A DNA stretch of 64,000 bases, taken from Lachnospiraceae bacterium. Its GTDB lineage: Bacteria; Bacillota; Clostridia; Lachnospirales; Lachnospiraceae. Location of the stretch: the NCBI GenBank assembly GCA_024697595.1, contig JAILFK010000008.1, positions 23,972 through 87,971 on the forward strand, in the 5' to 3' direction. Below the pieces are notes generated by a model, which worked only from the letters and a program-made list of their open reading frames with translations, did no database searches and was not told the DNA's origin. The position numbers and the translations under genes are program-made. Positions 8,144 to 17,239 of this stretch are shown piece by piece. How positions within the stretch are numbered: the first letter of the stretch is position 1; each line of letters starts with the position of its first letter.

Positions 8144-9670
8144 TTACTTTGCCAATTTATTTCTTAAAACATTAAATATGGTGCCAACCAATTTCTTAAA
8201 AGAAACATTTCTATACCATAACACCACTACTATAACATTAGCTAATACACATACTATAATCAATCTCACCACTATAGAAAGAACGCCTGTCAGATTCAGC
8301 ATATTAGACACGCCAAAGCAGGTCGCCCCCATAATCACAGTCGTGGCAAAAAACAGTATGTAATACAAATAATAGTTTCCTGTACCACTGTGAAATGCAT
8401 TCTTAAAAAATGTTCTTGGCTCAATCCAAAACGCAACTGCATAATTGCTGACAATTGTTCCTATAATTACACCCAATATACCAAATTTTTGAACTAATAT
8501 TACAGAAACCACCAAATTTAATATAGCCTCTATATATGCCCTATGCACATCCTGTATCAAAATCCCATATGCAACTTTAAATACATTGCATGTCTGTCTC
8601 ATTCCAGTAGCATAAAAATTAATACAGATGGCAATTAGAACTTCATCCGATAAAACAAATTGCTGCCCAAATGCCAACTCAATAAACGGATTCGATAGCA
8701 CTAGCAAAGCTGTCGTAGCAAAACTAAACAACCAAAAATTAGCAAAATAAACCATATTAAATGTTTCTCTTTGTTGTTTTTCATCTGTCTCAACAGCCAT
8801 ATTTCCAACGCTCGACATGATCGCCTGAAAAGCTTGATTCATAAACATATTAACTGTGGATGTAATCAATACGTAGTTGGAATAAAATCCAGCTTCGACC
8901 AATCCTACAAATTTTGATATAACTATATTATCTGTTGAATTAAGTACCACATTTCCCAGATTATGACCTATCGCAGCAAACACATTTACCTTGATAGTCT
9001 TTTTCGTCTCTGCTGGCAGATCATACTTCTCTCTAGACTTCAATATCGGGTAATGTTTATTAGCAATATGAGAAATTCTCAAGTTCTCTACCACAGTTGT
9101 TACAACTTGAATGGCATAAAACAAAATGAAATTTTTTGTGGTCAAAAGTACTCCCGCCTGTACTACATACATCGCAATATAACACAATGCATGATTGGCC
9201 GAATACATATAATAGTTTTGATTGGCACTTAAATATACGCATTTATATGAATAAAAATATGAAAACGCTGCATTGGCCACATACATGATAAATATAAAAT
9301 ATATATGATCCACATTGGCTGGCATTTCCTTGATTATCAAATGCAAAAATGGTGTGATTAGCAATCCCACCACCAGCATAAAACTTCCCACACCTATATA
9401 GAAGTTTCTATAAAGACGCATAAGTGCCTTGATCTGGCGCTCATCATTTTCTGCTATTGGTTTATATAAACTAAATGTAATAGCAGGGCCAACTCCTAAT
9501 TCTGCCAAGGATAGCACCGATATTACATTGCCAAATAATCCATTTAATCCCAAGTATTCTTCGGACAAGGTCCTCGCTAGAATGACTCGAATTACGAACC
9601 CACCCAAAGATACAAATATAAGTCCAAGCCATGTTACAAGGACATTTTTTATTGATTTTTCCGATCGCAT
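8144..9670 (-). CDS. wzx: Wzx-type (MOP superfamily) polysaccharide/lipid-linked sugar flippase
   Basis: 508 aa with about 12-14 TM helices and the N-terminus KNVLVTWLGLIFVSLGGFVIRVILARTLSEEYLGLNGLF, typical of Polysacc_synt flippases. Confidence 0.78.
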   Translation of the reverse strand: MRSEKSIKNVLVTWLGLIFVSLGGFVIRVILARTLSEEYLGLNGLFGNVISVLSLAELGVGPAITFSLYKPIAENDERQIKALMRLYRNFYIGVGSFMLVVGLLITPFLHLIIKEMPANVDHIYFIFIMYVANAAFSYFYSYKCVYLSANQNYYMYSANHALCYIAMYVVQAGVLLTTKNFILFYAIQVVTTVVENLRISHIANKHYPILKSREKYDLPAETKKTIKVNVFAAIGHNLGNVVLNSTDNIVISKFVGLVEAGFYSNYVLITSTVNMFMNQAFQAIMSSVGNMAVETDEKQQRETFNMVYFANFWLFSFATTALLVLSNPFIELAFGQQFVLSDEVLIAICINFYATGMRQTCNVFKVAYGILIQDVHRAYIEAILNLVVSVILVQKFGILGVIIGTIVSNYAVAFWIEPRTFFKNAFHSGTGNYYLYYILFFATTVIMGATCFGVSNMLNLTGVLSIVVRLIIVCVLANVIVVVLWYRNVSFKKLVGTIFNVLRNKLAK

Positions 9671-9672
9671 TA

Positions 9673-10533
9673 CTATCTTACCTTTTTAAATAAAATTAAA
9701 TCCTTTATATAAAAAATTATAGGTAGTACTCTACCACCAATTCCTCTTACAATAATGTATATTTCTTGCATCAAAGACGCATTATCATTTTCATACAACC
9801 CTTTAAATGTCTTAGCATCAAATTTCGCCTGTTTACTCACCGCAGATAGCTTCTTCTCATAATTCACTTCCATTCCACAGGGATAACAATATTCTGGTCC
9901 CAACACTCTAACATCGTCTCTACCAATAATATAATGATTCAACTGAGACTCATCATGCCATCTGGCAATTACATTCTTCTTCAAATCCTCTTTTATGGCA
10001 TAATCTAACTTACGGCTCATCTCTAAAAATGCTTTGGATGTTCCACCATTCATTGCGCCAATCACATATGTTTTCCCACAATTATATGGCACATAAGCAC
10101 TAGATTTTTTATTTCTGTCAAATGGTGCATATATTCCGCTTTTACCCGCATATCCAGGATGAACTGTCACAAAGAGCTGTTCTCCATTGTCCTCTCTAGG
10201 CAAAAACTCCTCTGGTGAAATCTCGTCATCACACACCATATTAGAATTGGAAAACATCAAGTAATCCATCTTAGATAACTCTTCTTCAATAGAAAGAAAA
10301 GTATCAAATCTAAACAATGTAATTAGAGGCCATGGTAAAGTCTTTAAAAAATATTTATGAATATTTACATTTTCACCCTCTGCATAAATCTCTGCAGCAT
10401 CAGTAAATACATAATAATGTCTTTCAAAATCCGTCAAAAATTTTGACTCGAAAGTCTTATAGAAATCTTCCCAAAATGCAATATATGGCCCTGTCGCAAT
10501 ATATAATATTCCAATTGTTTTCTTATCACTCAT
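9673..10533 (-). CDS. CAZy family 6 glycosyltransferase (histo-blood-group A/B transferase family), bacterial NxN type
   Basis: By-eye alignment to mammalian GT6. [11 protein letters not shown] matches DFLFCMDVDQV, with NSN replacing DVD. [22 protein letters not shown] matches [34 protein letters not shown] matches AQWHDESHLNKY. LGPEYCY matches LSPEYCW. Confidence 0.85.
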   Translation of the reverse strand: [286 protein letters not shown]

Positions 10534-10618
10534 TTTACAATCTCACCCTCATTGATATACCTTATTATACATTCTGCTATCTTATCCACATCGATATATC
10601 TTATTTATCACAGAAAAT

Positions 10619-11194
10619 CTACACTCGCACCCACTCATGCTTATCAAAATCATATGTCTTGATAACCTTTGCAGGACTTCCAACAGCGATACTATAATCA
10701 GGAATATCATGTGTAACCACACTGTTTGCACCGATTATACATTTCTTACCAATGGTAACTCCAGGCATCACTGTAACTTTCTCGCCCAACCAACAACCAG
10801 ACTTTATATGAACTGGCGCAGCTGTAAGTGGTTGATCCATATATGGAATATCGCTCTCTGGATCCATACCATGATTTTCAGTTGTAATAAGCACATTTGA
10901 TGCTATAAGCACTTCGTCCTCTATCACAACGTCTGCCGCCAACAATATAGTCAAATTGTAAGTCATATAACTGTGATTCCCTATCACAAGCTGCGGTGTA
11001 GGTTGGCCTTCAATACTATAAGACCATATCCTAGAATTTTGCAAAATCTGAGAGTTGTCACCCATAGATATATAATCTCTACTATCTGAAATACAAGGAT
11101 ACCATATTCTTGAATTGGCACCGATTTTATTAAATTTTTTTCGATAAAATCCAGTCCTTCCATAGACATGGTTTTTTAATAAATCTATTATCAT
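10619..11194 (-). CDS. Hexapeptide-repeat (left-handed beta-helix) O-acetyltransferase
   Basis: C-terminal GCWLGEKVTVMPGVTIGKKCIIGANSVVTHDIPDYSIAVGSPAKVIK, typical of the MAT/LacA-like family. Confidence 0.85.
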   Translation of the reverse strand: MIIDLLKNHVYGRTGFYRKKFNKIGANSRIWYPCISDSRDYISMGDNSQILQNSRIWSYSIEGQPTPQLVIGNHSYMTYNLTILLAADVVIEDEVLIASNVLITTENHGMDPESDIPYMDQPLTAAPVHIKSGCWLGEKVTVMPGVTIGKKCIIGANSVVTHDIPDYSIAVGSPAKVIKTYDFDKHEWVRV

Positions 11195-11243
11195 AGTTCC
11201 TTTTTATATCATCTAAACGATTTAACAATTACCTCAACTAACA

Positions 11244-12086
11244 TTAACTATTTTTACTATGTCTCTTGTCCATAATAACACTGATTTTAAAATCATTTCC
11301 CCATATCGCTTTAGAATCATATGGTCTATCTGGAAACTGTCCATATAACAATTTGATATTATATCCATTTTCCTCGATAAATTTTTCTACTCTCTGGGCA
11401 AGAGTCATAGGTCTTCCAGAACAGCAATTTATCACGCCAAGGACATCTTCTTGCTCCGCAACTGCAGCCACCTGCTCACAGAACAATTCATAATCTGTAA
11501 AATCAAATTGATTTAATCCCATTGTAAATGGAAACTCAGTCTTGCCATCCTTAGCAGCCTGGGCAATTTTGGCAAATATTGAACTACCATTTGTACTGGT
11601 TCCCACGATATAAAATCCTCTAATCCACTGGAACTTCACATCATTATCTTTGCACAACAACTCTGTCGCCTCGCGAAGAGCATTTTTGCTAATTCCATAC
11701 AAACTCTGAGGTTTACATGGAGTATCCTCATTGATTGAACCCTCATAAAAACCGATCTCATGCATGGAGCCCAAGGCACATATTCTATCAACACCAGCTG
11801 TTGCCATCTTGGTTAAAAACGAATAATGAGCCGGCAAATCATTGATATGGTTTAAAGATGCATGTTTGAATCCATCACGCCAAGCCATATGAAGCACCAC
11901 ATCTGGCTTTCCAAAATAATCATATGGATCATCCAATTCGAACAAATTAGCTTCCTTGATATCCGCTCTTGAATCAATAAAATTAGTTCTAATATCTGTG
12001 GCAACAACATCTACTCCATCATCAAGCAGTTGTTTAACCACACCCGTTCCTAAATATCCATTTGCTCCTGTAACTAATACTTTCAT
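11244..12086 (-). CDS. NAD-dependent sugar epimerase/reductase (extended SDR)
   Basis: MKVLVTGANGYLGTGVV Rossmann motif and YGISK (YxxxK). Confidence 0.8.
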   Translation of the reverse strand: MKVLVTGANGYLGTGVVKQLLDDGVDVVATDIRTNFIDSRADIKEANLFELDDPYDYFGKPDVVLHMAWRDGFKHASLNHINDLPAHYSFLTKMATAGVDRICALGSMHEIGFYEGSINEDTPCKPQSLYGISKNALREATELLCKDNDVKFQWIRGFYIVGTSTNGSSIFAKIAQAAKDGKTEFPFTMGLNQFDFTDYELFCEQVAAVAEQEDVLGVINCCSGRPMTLAQRVEKFIEENGYNIKLLYGQFPDRPYDSKAIWGNDFKISVIMDKRHSKNS

Positions 12087-12139
12087 GCTTTACCTCGTTT
12101 AATCACGCCAAAAACAACATTTGACTATTCATATGCAAA

Positions 12140-13060
12140 TCACGCCTCAATCGGCGTCCAATTATCCATATATAAATCGCATGGCACATCTATACCATAC
12201 CACTTAGATGGAGTTATAACTATTTTATCTTCATTCTCAGATAAATACTGCGCCCACCATCCAAATGAAGTATTTCCAATTATAAAATGCTTACATTGAG
12301 CCATAACTCCCAGTGATATCTGAACTGGAAAATCTCTGCTTTGCATCACGCATTCATATTTATCAGCGTCTATAAAATGTTCTAACACATAAGGCACATT
12401 ATCTGAACAAATAAAAAATACTGGATTTTCCACATTGTCTGTAATGTACTTGATTGCCTTTTCCCAATACTCTCTTGTACACACATCATACATCTCGCTT
12501 CCCACATTATGTTCCACTTTGATGCTTATGCATACCGAGTTACTATTTTGAATTTTTTCCAAACCAGGATATCCCGACTGATTCACCTTGTCTTTTATGG
12601 AAAATATTTCTCGAATCTCTTTTTGATTTTCTTCAAAATATTTTGGCGACTGAAAGAATCCACTCATATAGACATCTTTATCAACACTATCAGGCAATGG
12701 AATATATCCATTTTCACATCTTATCAATCCTTGCTCTAAAAACTTCTCTCTATGTCTCAATTCATAATCATATCTAGAACGAAAACTACTATATAACCTA
12801 GTGCCTATGTGTCTGTGATTAAATATTGCCATTTCAGCTTTACGCAAATTTGCTTTTTTCAACACACTTCTATCATCCACATAAGAACTAACTCCAGGAA
12901 GCTCATAATAAGGTAGTGAATCTTCCCAATTTAACTTTTTCACTCTACTATCATCAATAACTATCTCAGGATGATCCGGACTATTTAATTGTAAAGTTCT
13001 TGCAGCAGCGTACATGAAAATCTGATTTCCAATTCTGCCCTCTAACTCTAGATATATCAT
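12140..13060 (-). CDS. GT11-like glycosyltransferase (alpha-1,2-fucosyltransferase family) with a non-canonical motif I
   Basis: N-terminal EGRIGNQIFMYAAAR and C-terminal FIIGNTSFGWWAQYL match GT11 hallmarks. The expected HxRRGD motif is replaced by CISIKVEHNV. Confidence 0.65.
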   Translation of the reverse strand: MIYLELEGRIGNQIFMYAAARTLQLNSPDHPEIVIDDSRVKKLNWEDSLPYYELPGVSSYVDDRSVLKKANLRKAEMAIFNHRHIGTRLYSSFRSRYDYELRHREKFLEQGLIRCENGYIPLPDSVDKDVYMSGFFQSPKYFEENQKEIREIFSIKDKVNQSGYPGLEKIQNSNSVCISIKVEHNVGSEMYDVCTREYWEKAIKYITDNVENPVFFICSDNVPYVLEHFIDADKYECVMQSRDFPVQISLGVMAQCKHFIIGNTSFGWWAQYLSENEDKIVITPSKWYGIDVPCDLYMDNWTPIEA

Positions 13061-13133
13061 TATTGTATTTCTTCCTTATTTACTATTCTTTTCATTGAAC
13101 AAATATCTGCTATATTGTCGGATTTATTCTACT

Positions 13134-14102
13134 TCATTTTACTTCTTCTGTGTCGCTGAATATTCGTCTAGTGGCCATATTGTTTTTAAATGTATCTATA
13201 AACAACTTACGAAACATAGAACTAAAGAGAAATCCTGTAATCACAATTCCAATACATGAAACTAATTTATGCTCATATAAATTTCCAGCAAATTTATCCA
13301 ACTTTAACTTTGCCTTGTCAAACTTCTCCTTGATTGTTTCATTATCCTCATCAAACTTACTGTTTAAATCATCAATATCTATTTCCAATAAATCTCTTCC
13401 CGATTTATAACATTCTCTTAGCAAATCCGCTTTTTCAAATTGCTCATAGGCGTAGGACACAGATATACCTGAGGATCTAACCCTATACAATAATAGCACA
13501 TCTTCTAATCTGCCACAGTTAAACCCCGCTTGAATCGCTCTGAGCACAAAATCGTAGTCCTCGCAATATTTTACATCTCTGTATCCTTCTAATCTATCAT
13601 ACACCTCTTTTTTCAAAAGCCATGTTGGGTGTGTGGCAAAATTGCCATATTTCTCACACTCATTAAATCTCTCCCCAATCAATGTAGGTACTGATGGGCC
13701 ATTCTCTCTCTTTTCATCACGTATAAAATCTATACCACACATGACAAAATCCAAATTATATTTCTCAAGAAATTGCATCTCTTTAGCAATTCTATCTTTA
13801 TCACAGATATCGTCCGCATCCATTCGAGCCACATATTTTTCTTCAACCACAGAAATCAATTTGTTTAGAGCTCCAACAAGCCCCATATTCTGCTCATTTA
13901 TGATAAATGTAATTCGTAAATCCGCGGCGGCATATTCTTCTATTATTTTTTTCAACTGGTTATTTTCTGGATTGTCCAGCAAAATATATATATGCAAATT
14001 CTCATAGGTCTGCTGCAATACCGACTCTATACTTTTCCGAATCCATTCTTCTTTTTCATTGTAGGCAGTCATTATTACCGCCACTTTATTATTATCATTC
14101 AT
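13134..14102 (-). CDS. Family 2 glycosyltransferase
   Basis: VAVIMTAYNEKEEWIRKSIESVLQQTYENLHIYILLDNPEN and ARMDADD. Paralogous to 15229-16146. Confidence 0.88.
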   Translation of the reverse strand: MNDNNKVAVIMTAYNEKEEWIRKSIESVLQQTYENLHIYILLDNPENNQLKKIIEEYAAADLRITFIINEQNMGLVGALNKLISVVEEKYVARMDADDICDKDRIAKEMQFLEKYNLDFVMCGIDFIRDEKRENGPSVPTLIGERFNECEKYGNFATHPTWLLKKEVYDRLEGYRDVKYCEDYDFVLRAIQAGFNCGRLEDVLLLYRVRSSGISVSYAYEQFEKADLLRECYKSGRDLLEIDIDDLNSKFDEDNETIKEKFDKAKLKLDKFAGNLYEHKLVSCIGIVITGFLFSSMFRKLFIDTFKNNMATRRIFSDTEEVK

Positions 14103-14109
14103 AACCTTA

Positions 14110-15180
14110 TTATTTTTTTATCTCAATATATTTATCTAGGGTATCTCTGGCCACTTTATCCCAACGAAAGTTCTCATCCACATACTCCCTTGCATTATGA
14201 GATTTTGCCGCCAACATATCTTTTTGTTTATAAACTTGTAAAATGGTATCTGCTATCTCTGAAGCCTCACACTCGCACACCCATCCACAATCATTTTCCA
14301 AAACATCTCTATCAAAACTTGTACCAGGAGATACAATAACAGGTAAGCCAATAGCCATTGCATCCAAGATTCCCATAGGCATCCCCTCAGATCTAGATGG
14401 CTGTATAAAAGCATCTGCATCCAACATAACTTTCGCTTTGTCCTCACCAAATACTCCATCATGGATTTTCATCACATCATTTAAATTAGCTTCCGCCACC
14501 ATCTGCTCAAGCTTAGCTCTATCGTCGCCTTCTTTAGGTCCGTAAATTCCTACAGATATCTGCTTACTTCGCATTTCATCTGCGATGGATTTCGCCGCCT
14601 CAACCAAGGCATCTAATCCTTTGTAAAATAGATTTATTCTTCCGATAAAAATCAACCTCAAACCAGGTTCATCTGCATTGAAATTACACTTATATGTCTC
14701 CGGCACACTGACACCATTTGGTGAAATAAATGCATTGGCATTCCACTTTCTCGAAGTCGAGCGCTCTTTATCTGAGAGAAATTGAATTCCTGCCGCCTGT
14801 GAAATATATTTTTTCGCCCAGAGGAAATTCACCACGATCTTGGCATATTTCAACTGTGTCTGTGCCCCATCAGTAAGTCCACCATGAGGAATCACAACAT
14901 ACGGCACGCCGGCTTTGTAAGCTGCCTTGGCCATCTTAAAAAATGGCATATAATATATCTCATGAAACACTATCAAATCTGTCTTTTGCAAAACATTTTG
15001 AAAATCTGCAGCCTTCACAGGTTTCACTTTTTCATTCCAATCTAGGATTTCATCCTTAATATGAAGCACCAAAATATCTGCCATATCTGCCTTAGCCTGC
15101 TCATTTACATGATTTAGCACCGCCACAGTGGCACCATTGGACATCTTGTTTTCTACACCACATATGTGCAATATGGTCAT
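14110..15180 (-). CDS. GT4 (GT-B, glycosyl transferases group 1) glycosyltransferase
   Basis: SRSEGMPMGILDAMAIGLPVIVSP, the E-x7-E region of GT4. Confidence 0.88.
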   Translation of the reverse strand: MTILHICGVENKMSNGATVAVLNHVNEQAKADMADILVLHIKDEILDWNEKVKPVKAADFQNVLQKTDLIVFHEIYYMPFFKMAKAAYKAGVPYVVIPHGGLTDGAQTQLKYAKIVVNFLWAKKYISQAAGIQFLSDKERSTSRKWNANAFISPNGVSVPETYKCNFNADEPGLRLIFIGRINLFYKGLDALVEAAKSIADEMRSKQISVGIYGPKEGDDRAKLEQMVAEANLNDVMKIHDGVFGEDKAKVMLDADAFIQPSRSEGMPMGILDAMAIGLPVIVSPGTSFDRDVLENDCGWVCECEASEIADTILQVYKQKDMLAAKSHNAREYVDENFRWDKVARDTLDKYIEIKK

Positions 15181-15228
15181 CTCAAAATCTCCTACAACAT
15201 CTATTCTTCATTTTCGCAGAACTTGTAT

Positions 15229-16146
15229 CTACAACATCTGTTTTACATATTTAAACAACTTGTCTCTATAACATCTAGAACCAAAAAATGACTTCAACAG
15301 CAAAACTAATCCTGAAAATAGTTTTCCTGTCTTCACCGCAGCCAACCCTTCTGTGAAATTATTGGCAGCTGTGTTGTACTTCACTTCCTCTGTCTCGTCA
15401 AAATTTGCATCCATATATTTATCAAATTCCAACTCACGTCCTAAAACATATTTCTCCTGACAATATTTCATAGACAAATATTGTTTATATAAATTAGAAC
15501 GAGATATGCTTACTGTAGTCATTCTATAACTCAAAAGCATCTCGTCCAAATTTCCAAATTTCCAATCTCCAAGTCTGGCTTTTAAGAGCAACTCATAATC
15601 CTCACAATAAGGAGTACTCTCATAGCCTCCAAGTGCAATATACAAATCTCTCTTAACCATCCAACCTGGATGAGGCACGCAGTTATTGATACACATTTTT
15701 TTTCTAATAACCGCATCTGTAGCTGGAAGTTTTTCAAGTTTTTGAATAACATTATCCTGCTCATCAATTACATTTACCCCACAGGATGTGAGATCTATAT
15801 TATTTTCTTCCATAAAATGTAACTGTTTTTCTAAACGCGTTGGTTCAGATTTATCATCCGCATCCATTCGGGCGATATATCTACCCTTGGCAATATCAAT
15901 CAACTTATTTAAAGTCGCTGCCAATCCCATATTTTCTTCATTGATATAGATACTAATCCTATCGTCCTCATCGGCATAACTTCTCAGAATTTCTATCAAG
16001 CTAGCATTATTGGGATTATCCACTCCAATCAAGAACTCAAAGTCTCTGTAGGTCTGATTCAATATAGACTCTACAGCCACACGCAAGAAATCTTCCTCTT
16101 CATTGTATGTGGACATAATCACAGATATTATTGGCTGTTCACTCAT
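15229..16146 (-). CDS. Family 2 glycosyltransferase
   Basis: ISVIMSTYNEEEDFLRVAVESILNQTYRDFEFLIGVDNPNN and ARMDADD. Confidence 0.88.
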   Translation of the reverse strand: MSEQPIISVIMSTYNEEEDFLRVAVESILNQTYRDFEFLIGVDNPNNASLIEILRSYADEDDRISIYINEENMGLAATLNKLIDIAKGRYIARMDADDKSEPTRLEKQLHFMEENNIDLTSCGVNVIDEQDNVIQKLEKLPATDAVIRKKMCINNCVPHPGWMVKRDLYIALGGYESTPYCEDYELLLKARLGDWKFGNLDEMLLSYRMTTVSISRSNLYKQYLSMKYCQEKYVLGRELEFDKYMDANFDETEEVKYNTAANNFTEGLAAVKTGKLFSGLVLLLKSFFGSRCYRDKLFKYVKQML

Positions 16147-16517
16147 TAGATATCTTCCCCTTTATTATCATCTGACAATTTATCCTGACTCTCCTTGGTT
16201 CTAATTGCTGTCTCGCCAGCCATTGTCACCAACTTGTCCTCCAACAGAGAAACCTTCATAGACAAAGAAAAAATTCTAAGCAATAAAATTGCAATAAAAA
16301 TCAAGAACACCATATTGGCTGTTGATTCTATCCCCAATCCCCATGCTATAAACATTGGAATCTGCGGAAATACGCCAAAGATAGCTATCATTACAGCAAT
16401 TACAATCCAGGTAAATGCATCCTTCATCTGCACCTTGGATTTTCTGATTGATTTTATTATATAAACGAGCATTGCTAGTGCTCCTACCAAGAGCAACACC
16501 CTAAGCGCATTTGACAT
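16146..16517 (-). CDS. DUF2304-type small membrane protein (GacJ-like partner of a polyprenol-P GT2)
   Basis: 123 aa, three helices then a coiled tail (SLSMKVSLLEDKLVTMAGE). Its start and stop are coupled to the neighbouring genes. Confidence 0.72.
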   Translation of the reverse strand: MSNALRVLLLVGALAMLVYIIKSIRKSKVQMKDAFTWIVIAVMIAIFGVFPQIPMFIAWGLGIESTANMVFLIFIAILLLRIFSLSMKVSLLEDKLVTMAGETAIRTKESQDKLSDDNKGEDI

Positions 16518-17239
16518 TATAATTCCTCCTTCTTACGAACCCATTGTAAGAACAATGTATTAAACACAACAGTCATCATATACTTGGTAGAATTCCACAT
16601 ATTTAAATAACTAGTCCCAAACATTCTCTCATCCATCTCAACCTGAACTTCCTCAACTTTGGCACCACAACCAATCATATATGCCAGAGTATCTGGTTCT
16701 GGAGTATAAGCCATATCGTATCCCACAAGTTTTATCATACGTTTGTTGTACATTCTAAGCCCTGATGTAGGGTCTGTAATCGTTTTGCCGGTCTTTAACT
16801 TAATAACAGAAGTTATAAGACGACTTCCAATCATACGAGCACTGTGATCTTTTTTTTGTTCACAAAACCTTGAACCAATTACAATGTCAGCCGCTGTAGA
16901 TTTCATTTTTTCAAGCATTGGAGCAATCGATTCTGCTCTGTGCTGACCATCGCCATCAAACTGAACTACATAATCATACCCCTTGGCATTAGCATATCTG
17001 ACACCACAACGAAAGGCTCCCGCAAGACCTGTATTTATTGGCATATCCAGGTAATTATATCCTCGTCTTGCAGCGATTTTTCTAGTGTCATCACTACTTC
17101 CATCATTAATGATTACATAATCATACTCAGAATAATTTTCTATTAAATTATCAACTACTCTCTCAATATTTTCAGCTTCATTGTAAGCTGGAATTATAAG
17201 CAAAGTATCACTCATACATTTCTGCCTTTCATTTTTCAT
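16517..17239 (-). CDS. GT2 polyprenol-phosphate sugar synthase (GacI/DPM1-like, soluble type)
   Basis: LLIIPAYNEAENIERVVDNL...IINDGSSDDT...VQFDGDGQH. The true start may be ATG 17215 (MSDTLLII). Confidence 0.82.
   Translation of the reverse strand: MKNERQKCMSDTLLIIPAYNEAENIERVVDNLIENYSEYDYVIINDGSSDDTRKIAARRGYNYLDMPINTGLAGAFRCGVRYANAKGYDYVVQFDGDGQHRAESIAPMLEKMKSTAADIVIGSRFCEQKKDHSARMIGSRLITSVIKLKTGKTITDPTSGLRMYNKRMIKLVGYDMAYTPEPDTLAYMIGCGAKVEEVQVEMDERMFGTSYLNMWNSTKYMMTVVFNTLFLQWVRKKEEL

Noticed and set aside
11244-12086. 280-aa SDR as rmlD (dTDP-4-dehydrorhamnose reductase)
   Set aside because: The length fits, but the sequence outside the Rossmann/YxxxK motifs does not look like RmlD to me, and no rmlB is nearby. 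It is kept as a generic SDR.
16850-16857. Homopolymer tracts (8-mers also at 37213-37220, 44453-44460, 48585-48592) as phase-variation switches in glycosyltransferase genes
   Set aside because: Runs of 8 A/T are expected frequently at this base composition. None currently interrupts a frame, and none reaches the length (10 or more) usually associated with slipped-strand switching.
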